In this document: positions 1 to 12,619 of the stretch, piece by piece
Layout: each line of letters opens with the position of its first letter
Position numbering within the stretch: the stretch's first letter is position 1
Assembly (NCBI GenBank): GCA_030704615.1
Contig: CM060733.1
Location: 43,896,001 to 43,960,000 of the forward strand
Direction: 5' to 3'
DNA length: 64,000 nt
Source of the DNA: Takakia lepidozioides
Lineage: Eukaryota; Plantae; Bryophyta
Program-made: the position numbers and the translations under genes
Notes under the pieces: model-generated
Database searches by the model: none
What the model saw: the letters and a program-made list of their open reading frames with translations, nothing else
Told to the model about the DNA's origin: nothing

Positions 1-1391
1 GAACTTGGAAGATGAAAACAGAGAGAAGAATTTGGAAGATGAAGAGTATGAAGAAGTAGACCCAACAGTTGAGGTTGAGACTACAACTAGGTCATCCCAA
101 CCTGTTGGACTTGGATCAAGTGGAGCACTTGGATCACAGGCCAACAAAGGTGTCGGCTCAGGGGGATCAGGCGGGCAGCTTGGATCTGGCTCTGGGGGGA
201 CAGGGAGTGTGGGAAGTAGTGCAACTGGAGCTGAGGGTATTGCAAGTACAGGGGGGGGGCTACTAGGGAGTGCTCAGGGGCCAACACTAGGTGGGAGTTC
301 CACCACTACAACAGCAGGTCCTCAAGGACCAGCACCAACAAGAGGACCAGCACCTGTCAGAGGACAGGGTGTAGGGCCACAGAAGGCGGTACCTCCAACA
401 CGGGCAAAACCACATTTTCCAATATATGAAGGAAAAAATGGATCCTGATGTACACATCAGCCAATTAAAGCACATGTGTATAGTGAACAATGAGAATGGC
501 GATGATGCCAAAATGAGACTGTTTCCTTGTTCACTTATCAAGAAAGCAAGTGAATGGTATGCAAGGTTTCCTAATAATCATTTCCTAACCTGGAATGGCC
601 TTAGTACAACATTCCGAAACAGGTTCAGGACAAGTAAAACTGAGGATGAAGTGTATGGGAGTTTACAACAGTTAAGGCAAAAGAAGCATGAAACTGTTCA
701 TGAAGAATATATGGAGAATCTGGAGTTAATGATGAAAAAACTGGCTGCTATACCAGCACCATGATTACAGAAGACTTGGTTTGTGAGTGGACTAAGACCT
801 GAATTACAAAAAAAAATGGATATGCTACCCCATAATACAGTGGAAGAGGCATTCGAAACAGCCAACAGAATTGAGCAACTGGGAATGCTCAAGAGAGATA
901 AAAGGGAAGATGAGGACTCTGTAGATGAGTTAGATGAGGAAGAAGAGCAAGAGCTCAGGAAGAAGAGCAAGAATAAGGAAAAGTTGAAGAGGGACAATTA
1001 TGAAATTGTTTTCTGAAGAAATCTTGAAATACGCCACAGAGGCTGCAACACATTGGAGGAAGGGTGTTTGGTGTGCAAAGTGCCAAAATGAAGGCCATAC
1101 CACAGCTGAATGCCACATAAAGGAGAAACATTGTACTATCTGTAAAATGGATAACCATTCTACTGAGAATTGTTATTACAATAGAAAGACATCTACAAGA
1201 AAACCTAGGCAAGTGAGGGTGCATTAAGTGCAACCCCAGCCAAGAAGAAACAGTGACCAGGACCATTATGGTAGGTCTGGTGGATATAACAATGGTATGG
1301 CAGGAAGAGGTCATCCAAGAGGGAATTACCAAGGCAATCCCAAAGGCAACTATCAGGGTAATCCAAGGGGGAATTACCAGCCAGGGAATCA
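1..1391 (+). pseudogene. gag: Ty3/gypsy gag fragment (family R1), frameshifted, cut off by DNA transposon A
   Basis: Retrotransposon gag core (MRLFPCSLIKKASEWY...LQQLRQKKHETV), two CCHC knuckles (CAKCQNEGHTTAEC, CTICKMDNHSTENC). Colinear with 32380-33775 until GGGAATCA at 1391. Confidence 0.9.
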
Positions 1392-1783
1392 CCAGCGTAG
1401 CTACGGCGTGAGCCCAGCCCCGTGAGCCTGGGAGCTGAGCTCACGTTGTAGCTGCAAAGCGTGAGCGGCACAAATCTGCTAGAGAAGCAAGTCCTATAGG
1501 CAAGGATTGCAGGAAGAGGGCCTATTACCGTGGACAAAACAAAGGGGGCCACCATGCACCATGTCTGCAATGCCTGCACAAAAAGAGGAATATGAAAATA
1601 TGGTAGATTTGAGCTCAGAATGATTGACACACTTTATTTCAATTCACAGATAGACGTTTACAATGAATGGCATGTGCATTTGCCCTGGTTCCGTGAACAA
1701 AATGTATGTGTTTGTCCTAAATGCAAAGTCTTCACACGGTAACCTCGAAACCAGCATGGGAAGCGGACATGGCTCGTATGTGT

Positions 1784-2185
1784 TCAAAGAGAATTTGGCG
1801 GAGCCCTACGTGAGGTGTCCCGCTGCAGAAGGGTGATGACTTCTCCGTAGCCTAGTGTGGCTTGGTGAATGAATTGGTCTCTCTTACCATCACAGCACAT
1901 AATTACAAGGTATATGTAATATTGATGTTTGCAGGGGACCCACTTCCCTCTCATGCCGAGAGCGCCCTCACGCATCGTTACAAAATCCGGACAAGTGCAC
2001 GTAGGGAAATTCCCCACGGTAACCAGATATTCTTTGCCATGAAGAACTGAGCCAATAGACAACACTGTGTAAATCCGTCCATACCCCGGGGCAGGGACTT
2101 TGGTGATACGAGTCACCCGAGCCTGCAAAATTCTAGCCGATTCCATCTTGCAGTCGTGATCTGCACCCGAAGCGACACGACGCAC
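1784..2185 (-). pseudogene. C-terminal SWIM zinc-finger part of element A transposase
   Basis: YLVTVGNFPTCTCPDF...WVPCKHQYY = CxC...CxH SWIM motif. Homologous to 53069-53470. Confidence 0.85.
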
Positions 2186-3049
2186 GGTTTTTCCATCTCT
2201 TTTTGTTGGGTGGGAATCGGCAAGGATATATTACAATTATGGCACCATTATATGCTACCGAACTTAGATTTCTTAGCCTAAATCTGCAAGTACAAAGGCA
2301 CGAACACCTCGACGTGAAACCCAACGGTCAATATTCACTGACTGCCGTACGCAATTTCGGCGCCACAATAGCGACTGCAGCGGCACATAAATGAGTACTT
2401 CATGTCTTTACAACCAAGTATGCATTTTACAAAAATGCATATTCGTAGAAAAAACGTCATTTCCATGTATAAAACTTGTCATCAAATAGCAATGTCACTT
2501 ATCATCCCTATAACAGTGTCATTGTTCATCCATCATCTGGGTCAGTTCATTCATATTGCAGTGTCGTAATTCATCAGTGGAGGGGCCGACCGGTGTCAAG
2601 CTGGGACCGTTTATTCTTATTGCGGCACCGCAATTCATCCAAAAAGACACCGCATATCATCCAAAGCGCTCTTTATCGTCTTCAAGATAGACTCGTTCAT
2701 CTAAATTAGGATGAACATACCCGTAATAAAAATGAGTCGGCCCATCCGCAGAACGTGATAACCCGACACTGTTGAAATACGACGTCGTAATATAGTTGAA
2801 TGGGCCCATCTGTAGAACGGAATAGCCCGGCACAGATGAATTAATACGTCATATTATGGATGAACATGCCAATCCCCATAGCGGGATAACCCGACACTGA
2901 TGAGTTGCGGCGCTGTAATAGGGATAAACGGGCCCATCCCGAGGAATGGATAGCGTTCCTGGCCTGGATGAGTTCCACTGTTGGATGTGAGATCCCCAAT
3001 AAGACCCAGGCCCTCGTCCGGGATGTCATCATCCTTGCAGGCAACGGTC

Positions 3050-4520
3050 GCGGACCAAATACAGATCCAAAGTTGTCAGGTCTATAACGATCCCTGACCC
3101 AAGCCTTTAAGAGATAATATTGTCAGAGATAGCAAAGCACTACTCAAAAACCATCAAACCAAAGATGTGGAAAAACTACATCATATCACCACCGCCTGTG
3201 TGGACCCGGCCGAGAAGGTATGCAAATGTCTGCTACTATTTTACTGTCTCATTAAAATCCTCTGTCACCTATCAAAATTGCTCTCTAACATATGTTACAA
3301 GATGAGTGCGAGCCTTGAAAGTGTGGACAGAAAAAAATGTTGCACCCACCTTGAAGAAGAGATGACTTGCATCAACAGCATGGACCATCTAACCTGCGAT
3401 GGCCAGAAGGTAAGCTCTAGAGTTGTCTAGTGTAAATTGCGGCGCCCTTATTCTAATTGTGGGGAATCTTATGTCAAAATAACGACCTTGTTTTTGTGCA
3501 GCCTCTTCTATTTGACACATTCACCAAGAAGAATTCAATTTTGAATTCTGGGGAGACGGTTGTATGGTTGACTCCATAGTGGACCCTATAGAGTATGACA
3601 TTCTCTTCGACCATGTCTCACCACGCAATATTCCATGGGACATGAGGGGGAGGGCTTGGAGGCATGGGAGGACAAGAAGTCTCACTTTCATTCAAATGCT
3701 GATGGAAACATGTTCAAGCATAGAAGGCAGGGTGTTGGACATTGCAGCCAACACAAGTAGGAGATTCTTGTAGTTGCGGTGTCGTTATTAGAGTCCATTG
3801 TCCTCTATAGATATTCATGGATTTACTAAAGCTACTCTCGATTGCTATTGACATATTTGTTCTTGATCACTCGACTCATGGATAGGTGCTTCAATGTACT
3901 AGGCCGGGCGCGAGTCTAGTCGGCATGTCTTCGCATTTGAAGGAAAAACAGCCTTCTACGACTCCCATGTAGCGGGCCTGCAGCAGTTGCCAGCAGAGGA
4001 GGAGCATGAGGACGATGAGGACTGCAAGAAAGGACCTTCTGGCAAAGAATGGCATTTGTATTTCAGTCTTTGTGTCATCAACCATCTCCTCATTGGACGA
4101 GTCTACAAGGCTGTAACATGGCAGTATGTAAATATTGCCATATGTCAACAAACGTTTAGGTTTATAATGGTCAAACATGGATGTCGCTATAATTGAACCC
4201 AACACACTTACAATGGTGCAACTCACTTAAATACATGCATTGGGGGAAGCGGCTTCTCCCGTACTTGAGCCTCCTCAACTTCGGTCTCCTCCTCCCCTTC
4301 TTATTTCTTCTCCCATTGTATGCAAACACGGCTGCTAGAGATCCATTAGGAGGGCGGAGAGGCCTAATCGGGTAGAGCAATTACTGGCTGCAAGAAATGA
4401 GAGAATACAATTGAGGGAGGCCCAATACAAGAATTGTCAAGGCCAAAGTACTCAAGTTTATCGCTATGTCCACGTCTGAAAGTGACGGCGATGAGGAGGA
4501 CACTTTGCAAGCTTAGGTGG
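3050..4520 (+). pseudogene. Decayed copy of the transposon-borne MTase-like gene
   Basis: IAKHYSKTIKP matches VGKHYSRALKP of B. RTRSLTFIQMLMETCSSIEGRVLDIAANT matches RTRSPAFIQTLMETCSDVQGRILDLTCGT. RHVFAFEG exon follows; stops and rearrangements present. Confidence 0.8.
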
Positions 4521-5229
4521 AGAGTGAATGGCAATTTCCTAACCTCTCTTCAGTCAGTGTGGGATTTATTTAGTCTTAAAAAAAGCCAATTCAACTATAT
4601 TATGTGATGGGACCTCTTATCTTTGACAGAAAAATGACACAACAATAGGCTAGTATAAGGTGTTGGGAACAACAAGACCTTTACAAATGATATAATAGTG
4701 TTGCAATAAGCCAATGTCAGACTTTACTTTATAATTTTGGGTGACCACAAACAAAAAAACGTCGCAGCAATAGGCCGGTCTCAAGTCATCACTACCAAGA
4801 AATTTTTTGAGAAGCACGAAGCTGGCCAATGAGATTGTCATCCGAAAAATTTCCAACGAATCATCAGACGGAGGATTAACGTCGCCCTTACTATGACTTG
4901 TTCATGATAGACCTTCTGTCTGCGTAGCAGCCACTATATCAGACCCATCCAATTGGATTCAATGTCATCATTTCTTCTGCATACGGGCCGATTACGTTGT
5001 CAGGAATGTGTGTGTTATGTGACAGGGTGACAGAGAAGCGTAAAAACGCACATGACACATATGTTGTGCTGTATAGAGTGCAAGAAGTGGGATTTGCACC
5101 TTTGAAGGACTTTAAAACAGCCATCAATCTGGAGTTGTTAAGGAAGTCAGAGGTGAAAGCAGGCCGCACCTAGTCCGCCGGCTTATCTTGGACACCATGG
5201 TCGAATACATCTATTTGGTGAGATTCAGC

Positions 5230-5672
5230 CCTAACTTTTGCTCACGGGTATGTTCATCCGAATTTCGGCGTTGAAAATTATCCGTGGGTCAAAATATCTT
5301 TCTACTCACGGGTATGTTCATCCCTATTTCGGCGCCAAAATTCATCCATGGGTTTAAATTCATTTTGATTACGGGTACGTTCATCCCTATTATGGCGCCG
5401 AAATTCATCCGTAGGTCGAAATAACTTTTTGCTCACGCGTACGTTCTTCCCTATTTCGGCGCCGAAATTCATCCGTGGGTCGAGATAACGTTTTGCTCGC
5501 GGGTATGTTCATCCCTATTTCGGCGCCAAAATTCATCCGTGGGTCGAAATAACTTTTTGCTCGCGGGTACGTTCATCCCTATTTCGGCGCCGAAATTCAT
5601 TCGTGGTCCGAAATAATTTTTTGCTCACGGGTATGTTCATCACTATTTCGGCGACGAAATTCATCCATGACC

Positions 5673-5706
<34 letters not shown>

Positions 5707-6790
5707 CCCCCTCCCGGCAGCGGTTCCTCAGGATTGGCCTATTTCGGAGCCGAAATTCATCCATGAAGGAGGTTGTGTGTGTGTGTATGGGTTTTTTTTC
5801 GACGTAATGGGCCCGATCGTCCCTATTACGGCGCCGCAATCCAATGGTTCTGTCCCCTTGTCGTCCGCATTCTTGTCTGTTCAACCCTTTTGCGACATCG
5901 TGATTCATCCATCTGCTCACGGGTACGTTCATCCCTATTTCGGCGCCGTAATTCATCCATGGGTTTAAATTCCTTCTTGATATAGGGTATGTTCATCCCT
6001 ATTTCGGCGCCGAAATTCATCCTTAGGTCAAAATAACTTTTTGCTCACAGTTATGTTCATCCATATTTCAGCGCCAAAAATCATCCGTGGGTCGAAATAA
6101 CCTTTTACTCACGCGTATCTTCATCCCTATTTCGGCGTCGAAATTCATCCATGGGTTTAAATGGTTTAAATGGTTTTTTGTTCACGGGTTCGTTCATCCC
6201 TATTTCGGCGCCGAAATTCATTTATGGGTGGAAATTCTTTTTTTGCTCACAGGTAAGTTCATCCCTATTTCGACGCCGAAATTCATCCGTGGGCTGAAAT
6301 TCTTTTTTGCTCATGCGTATGTTCATCCTTATTTCGGCGCCGAAATTTATTCATGGGCTGAAATTTCTTTTTGCTCACATGTATGTTCATCCCTATTTCG
6401 GCGCCGAAATTCATCCGTCGCCGGGATAGGGTGTTCGAAATTAGCTACGTTCAAAGTGTGTTAATCGAGGAATTCATCTAGATGATGTCATTCTCAATTG
6501 ATTGTCATCTCGTTCACCCCTATTACGGCGCCATCATAGCGGTGTGATATCCCTTTCTCGTCCGATTTCGTGCATGTTCATCCCTATTGCAGCGTCGTAA
6601 TTCATCCATCCCGAGGGTTTCGAACTGTCATAATAGGACTGTTCATCCCTATTACGACGCCTTAAATTCCTCCAGATCATTCCATTCTCATTTGATTGTC
6701 ATCCCGTTCATCCCTATTACGGCGCCGTAATAGGGGTGTGACATCCTTTTCTTGTCCGCTTTTGTGCCTGTTCATCCTTTTTGCGACGTC
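5230..6790. repeat. Tandem array, 63-64 bp unit, each unit with TTTCGGCGCCGAAATTCAT
   Basis: Core GGCGCC (or 1-mismatch) at 5331, 5394, 5458, 5522, 5586, 5650 and onward; degenerates toward 6790. Confidence 0.9.
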
Positions 6791-6849
6791 GTAATTCATC
6801 CATCCCGAGGGTTTCAAACTGTCATGTCGGGATTGTTCATCTCTATTAC

Positions 6850-7270
6850 GGCACAAGGAAGAAGCTGGGCGAGGGGGATATGAAGGAACTTCTAGAAGCT
6901 GGGAAATGGACTGCAGTATTGCAAGAAGCTATAAGATCGACACCCTTACACCATCGGGGGGACTGTCTCGAGGGTGATGTCCACAATCGGCCGGTGAAGA
7001 GAATAATTGACAACCTCCCAGGTGGCGATGGGGATTCATGGAGATCAGATATGGACATCCACACTCAACCTCGGGGCCCAACGATGTTGCTTAGGACGCC
7101 AGGTCCAAGCAGGACTCCCACTCCCCTGAAAACACTTGTACTACAAATATCTGAAGCGCGTGAAGTGCATTCTTATAGTGGACTACTTCATCCATGCTCC
7201 AACACTGAGCTTCAACGAGCTCCACAAGGTCCTCAGGCAGAATATAGGGAGAAGGTTCACATTGGACGAT
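6850..7270 (+). pseudogene. Remnant of transposase 3' end (SWIM tail) in element D
   Basis: DYFIHAPTLSFNELHKVLRQ matches DVFIHAPTLSFNELHKALRQ at 53069-53470; frameshifted. Confidence 0.75.
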
Positions 7271-8941
7271 CGTACTTCAGAAACTGCAAAGTGTGTTACA
7301 TCACATATACCCTTTCAATGTTGTTATTGCGGCGCTTTTATCCCTTCGAAACTTATGGACCTTATATTGTGACCTAATTTTGTGACCTTCATCCCACTAC
7401 ATGCAAGTCTTTTGGCAAGAACTATATACATTTTGGTGTCGTCGTGTTTCCATGGAATGCCCTATTACGGTGCCGTAATAGGATAAGTGTCCCCTTCCAG
7501 CCTGTATCTTTGAATTATGGTTTTGTCCGCTAATGGATCAGTGTAAAACATTCATTTTTTGGAGATGTTGGGGCCAATTTTGGTGCCTTTATTCCTCTGA
7601 AACTTCTGCACTTCATATTGTGATCTTCATCCCATAGCATGCATGTCTATTAGCAACAACTATAGATTTGGTCCCGTTGTGTTTCCATCGCCTACCCTCT
7701 TATGGTGTCGTAATATGGGAAATGTCTCCTTTAGCCTTGTTTCCAATAAGCATGCCTCTAATTCTGCATTTGCTTGTTAAAGAATCAGTGCAAAGCATAC
7801 ATTTTTTGGAGATGCATAGGCCCATTGTGGCCTATTTATCCTTGAACTCACTTTTGCTTCCAATGATATGGCTATGTTTGCCACGTGCAGTGCCTTTAAT
7901 GGATTACAGGTGTCTTGTTCCAATGTCCATGGCGCCTAGTATTAATGATTATTGCATTCACATACTGCACCTTGTCCACAAAGACCATTCCCATACACAG
8001 ACCACACGTCCCAAAAATTCTTATGCTCAATTGCAAATTCCGTAGAGAGGAGAGATGAGATGTGCAATGGATTAACGAGCAAAGAGGAATGAGACTGAGG
8101 CTGGCGGAATTGGATATCATTGCTCCACCAACAATGTGATATGGGGAAAAACTCAAAATTTACTCCCACATGTCGGTACATTTATTGCACACATACACCA
8201 CAAAATTCAGCATAGTTTGCAATTGCCAGTCTCAGGCCCCATTTTGGGGTCAACCGTCCTATATTTTGGCGCCTTTGATGCTTCACTGCGGCCAAATCAA
8301 CCGACACCTTCTGGACATGGGTGCCCAATTTCCATGCCGTTATCAGGGAACATCACCCATTTCGAAGTCCTGGAGAATCGTGAAATCCTAGAAAAGTACT
8401 ATCCACGATAATAGGTCCACATTGCGCGTCTGGCAGGACCCCGGATCCTCTATTTCGGCGCCGTTATTGCCTTCACTCCGGAGCCTTCAACCGCCTATTG
8501 GTTTTCCGGTGCCCAATTTCAGCACCATTATCCCCAGCCAGCCTACAGTTCTGGAAAAGTACAATCCACGGTTACAAGCCCACATTGCGTGTTGGGAGTC
8601 TAGAAAATTCGATTGTAATTCCGCGGGCGCCCCTTCCTGTGGGGTAATTACGGCGCCGTTATTGGCCAGTATGCAGTTTTTCCATGATCTGGGCTGGCGG
8701 TACATGAGCTTGGGCTCTCGGTCATGAGCGGATATTGTTATTCATGAGCGGAGTGTTTCGAGCATGAGCGCGGAAATCTTCGAAAAGAAAATTTTGATCT
8801 TCACAAAGTATTAAAAAAATACCACTTTCGATTATTTTATGGTTTTTTTCCTGAAAAAAACCTGCCGTTATTCGGAGTGTGTTACTTGGCGGCTCATGGC
8901 TCATGCATGCCCGCTCATGAGCTCATGGAATAGCAACCCCC

Positions 8942-10330
8942 CGTTCTATATGCCACTCACTGTCAATGCATTCAGATTCATGCACCATGGACACCACCTC
9001 CTCCAATGGGATTCCTGCTGCTGTGCTTGCATGATCTGCACCTGCTCCACTGGAGGAGGACTCACTTGGGAAGGGACGGGCACACAACTTAGTCTGCACC
9101 GAGACACCTTTGGTACAGAGAAATTGACCCTGTCCGGCCGATGGGAATCTCCATCCGACCCTGGAGGAGTGTTCAATTTCCTTTTGCATGATCCAAATCT
9201 TTCCTCGCCTTCCAAATGGGGGATCTTGGATTGCAAAGGGGAGCCTTCAGTGCACCTGTTCAGAGCTCTGGCCATCTTCGATGGGTCTCCGGACCTACTC
9301 GCAGCCCTTAGCATCAACAAAGTCGTATCAGGGCCCTTGCCTCCGCCCCGTCCCATCAGAAAATTGCGGTACCTGGTTTGTTGTGTAAGTGCCCGCACCA
9401 AGTCATCATCAGTGGCCACATACAAGTCACGTCCTGCTTTGGTAGACTGCTGCATCCAGGCATTGTGAACAGTCTCCGCCAAATTACAGGATGACATGTC
9501 GGCCAAGTCCTCCAAGGACATGTCTTGCAGGAGGCATTGCATGCAAATGTGAGGAATGAAAGGAAATGGAAGAGGTTCTGCAAGTGACAATCCAACAACC
9601 CCAAACGAACAGGCACGATGCAAAGTGAAATTTATGTTTCTGGGATTGAAGAGGCTTACCGTTGTCATGAAAGCTCCCCACTGTCTATACCTGAAGTGCC
9701 AGAAAACCAACCAGTCCTCCAACTCCTTCAGGTGGATACCAGTAGCAGCACCAGAGGAGAACCACCAAGCCCGGATTGCTTGGTAAGTGTTCTCAGCTTC
9801 TCCCATTGAGGTGGCATTTTTGTACTTGAGGCAGAGCTTTCTGTGCTCCAACTAAAGGTCAGGGTGAATGCAGCGCTTTGTATGACGTGCCAGAGATTGA
9901 CTCCAATGGAAGAGGCATGTGTGCTCCCTATTTTCCATTGGGACCTTAGGATCCCCCGAACCAAACACGCGCCGCACTGCATTGAAATTTGCCTGTGCAT
10001 CAGCCATGAAGCCCGCAAAATCTGTGTTCTGCATTCCATTGCGCTGCATGACGGCCAGAAGCGAATTCCACATGAGCATCTGGGATTCAGTGTCCTCCGA
10101 CTGCATATCACAAATTGCTATGGAGAGCACACGCTGGTACGCTGGATCGTACACATGGCACGCCATGGTTGTCCAACCCTTCACCCGTTTGCAGTGATCA
10201 AACATTAACCAACATTTAGCCAAATCTCCTCCAGGTTGCATTCGGCGGACTATGCTCACACCACTGCCTTCGCCCACTATGGACATCTTGAACAATACAC
10301 CTTGGACGAGCCCTGGCCAGGGAAGATATA
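8942..10330 (-). pseudogene. MULE-type DDE transposase core of element A, with intron
   Basis: WLMFDHCKR (D1), GFMADAQAN (D2), HTCLFHW (CxxH), SCNLAETVHNAW (E). GT donor at 9659 after QWGAFMTT. Confidence 0.85.
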
Positions 10331-10362
10331 CACTAGAAGCATTCGTGTCATTTACCACTGGG
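10331..10362 (+). mobile_element. Possible CACTA transposon terminus
   Basis: CACTAGAAGCATTCGTGTCATTTACCACTGG starts where homology of transposase A to transposase C ends. No partner end seen. Confidence 0.4.
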
Positions 10363-11114
10363 GTAACAACTCATTTTGAGTCGTAAAAGTCAAAGAACTG
10401 AGATCGACTAGAAGTTACAAACGATTTGTTAGAACAGACGTGGAAGTTGGGTCGGACATCCAATGATTGGAGTGGTAAAGGACGCAGACGCGCGAACAAC
10501 TGCTCAGCGATTATTGCGATTAATGCTGAAGAACCACATGGCGTAACCAGGCGGGTCGCCCGTGTGTCTGACCTTTTGGGCTGACTTTGACTTCTCCCTC
10601 CGGCTGAGTGGACTGACTCACCGGAGCGCGGTGACACATGGACGTGGACGTGGACACCGACATGGCGGCGCCACGGCGAGCAGCACTGCTGCTACGTGGC
10701 CACGGGCCTGGGGCGCCACGTGGTAGTTGACCACATAACTTGCAGTGCTACATGCCTAGTGGCAATTGCGGGAAGTCGGCGCAACCACTGCTTTACTACT
10801 TTAAATGAAGTGCTCGAAATTACTTGACCAATCACTCATAGTGGTTCATGCTTTGAAGTTTTGGTGTTTGTAATGAGCCGACTAGTACATACGCATATAA
10901 TGCCATACAAGAGAACTAATCAAGTCATTAGAAATGCGAAAACAATGAGAGACATGTCATGAAACAAAACAAAATGAAAATGAAATGAAATGAAACAAAT
11001 GGTACTTCATTACATCTGCGGAAAGCTCAAAGAGCTTATGATACAAAATGAAAAAACCAAAGTGAAAAAGCAGCCCAAAGCTACAAGGCTCAGTGACAGA
11101 TTGAGTCCCACGGA

Positions 11115-12145
11115 ATAGATCATCTACCCATGCAGGTTTCTTGTAGCTATTGATCCACAGGGAATCATAGGTAATCTTGTGCTTGAAATCTGGCCCTCTT
11201 CGATGAATCTGGACCCACACTCTCTTTGCTCCTTCAGCTACACATGCTTCTGCACAAATCATGCATTCATCCTTGCCTCGCTGCTAGTAGCTGACAATGA
11301 CAGCCTCGATTTATTCTAGGAAACATCCAACTCAGCTTCTCAAACTAGTTCCTATGCTGAATGCGTCTGCTAGTCTATGAAATGTAACAAGCATTCACCT
11401 TTTTGCCTTGGTTGTCCCATCATTGACTGGGGCAGAATAGTATTCATTCCACAACTTCTCCTCATCTCTGTTACTTGTTTTTTGATACTTTCCTGTTGTC
11501 ACATTGGCAGTATCATGTCAAAGTCACTCCAAACTAGATTCACTCAACCAGCTAACTTGCAAAATTCAACATGGAAATTTAGGGCCGATTCTGATTAGAG
11601 GGAAAAACAAGGTGAAATGTGTTGAATACGATGCCTTCATTAGCATGTCTGATTTATAAATGGTGCCGCGCTGCTGCCAGTTCACCCATCTACCCATGCA
11701 GGTTTGTTGTAGCTATAGAGTCAATCTGGAGCTTGAAGCCGCCCTCTTGGGTGAATTGACCCACAATCTATCCCTTATCATACCTCTGCACAAATCATGC
11801 ATATATCATTGTCTTACTGCTAGCAGCTGATGATGACAGCCTAGATTTGTTCTTACACCCCAACCCTATTTGGAACCAGGTGAAAGGTGTTGAGGAAGGT
11901 GCCTTCATTAGCAGCACTCATTCTATCAATTGTGCTGCCGGCTACTGTTTCCCTTGCAACAATTGACCATCTACTCCAGCTGATTTCTTTTAGCTATTGA
12001 TCCCTCAGCCTAAACCTAAACATGAATCTGGTCCTCTATCCCTGGTCCCTCAGCTATCCCTGCACGTGTACAGATCATGGATACATCCCTCAGCCTTGCT
12101 GCTAGCAGCTGACAGTGACGGCGTGAAGTTCTTCCAGAAAACACC
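11115..12145. repeat. Three degenerate copies of a ~200 bp block
   Basis: CATCTAC..TGTAGCTAT...ATCATG..TA..TC...TGCTAG(C/T)AGCTGA..ATGAC recurs at about 11120, 11685 and 11965. Confidence 0.6.
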
Positions 12146-12619
12146 CCAACCTTGGACTTAACAGTAGTTCTGGACAATTATGAATGCACAACTGCTTCTC
12201 TCGTAGCGAACAGCACTCACCTTTTTGTCTCCATTGTCCCCCCATGACTGGGGTCGGAAAGTCTTAGCCCAAAGCTCTATTCACTTCCTATCGTGTTTGG
12301 GTACTTGCCGCTGCCACATCAGAGTAACTTGTCAAAGTCACTCTGCAAACACATCCCCAGTAACTTGTCACCCACTCCAAACCACCCCACATCCACCCAA
12401 CGAGCTAACTTACAACATTCAATATGTAAATTCAGGGTTGGGTCTGATGAGAGGGAAAATAGGCTGAAATAGGTCGAAGAAGAAGGGGCCCTCACCACAT
12501 TGTCCTCGACCTTGTGTCATGACCCATGGAGGATTTGACTGACCATGCACCCAAGAGGACCTCTTGTGTGTGCGAAGTGTGTATTCTTGCAAGATAGGAT
12601 GAGTCTTGAAGAAAAGTAG

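Larger units (their letters stand above)
2225..8941. mobile_element. Mutator-like element D, decayed relative of E, inserted in the A transposase; left end not found
   Basis: 8700-8941 is the reverse-complement homolog of the E left end (51021-51240; TIR GGGGGTTGCTATTCCATGAGC). It shares the SWIM tail, palindrome arrays and MTase remnant. Left boundary approximate. Confidence 0.75.
1392..10330 (-). mobile_element. Mutator-like element A (outer), interrupted by element D and truncated on the right
   Basis: Abrupt junction with gag. Terminus CCAGCGTAGCTACGGCGTGAGC with repeated CGTGAGC resembles the GCTATTTCATGAGC termini of B-F. Transposase pieces at 8942-10330 and 1784-2185 on the minus strand. 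Confidence 0.75.

Noticed and set aside
5230-6790. CRISPR-like look of palindromic repeats with ~63-bp period (also 54180-54700)
   Set aside because: Spacers within an array are copies of each other, there are no cas genes, and the context is an intron-containing eukaryotic transposon.
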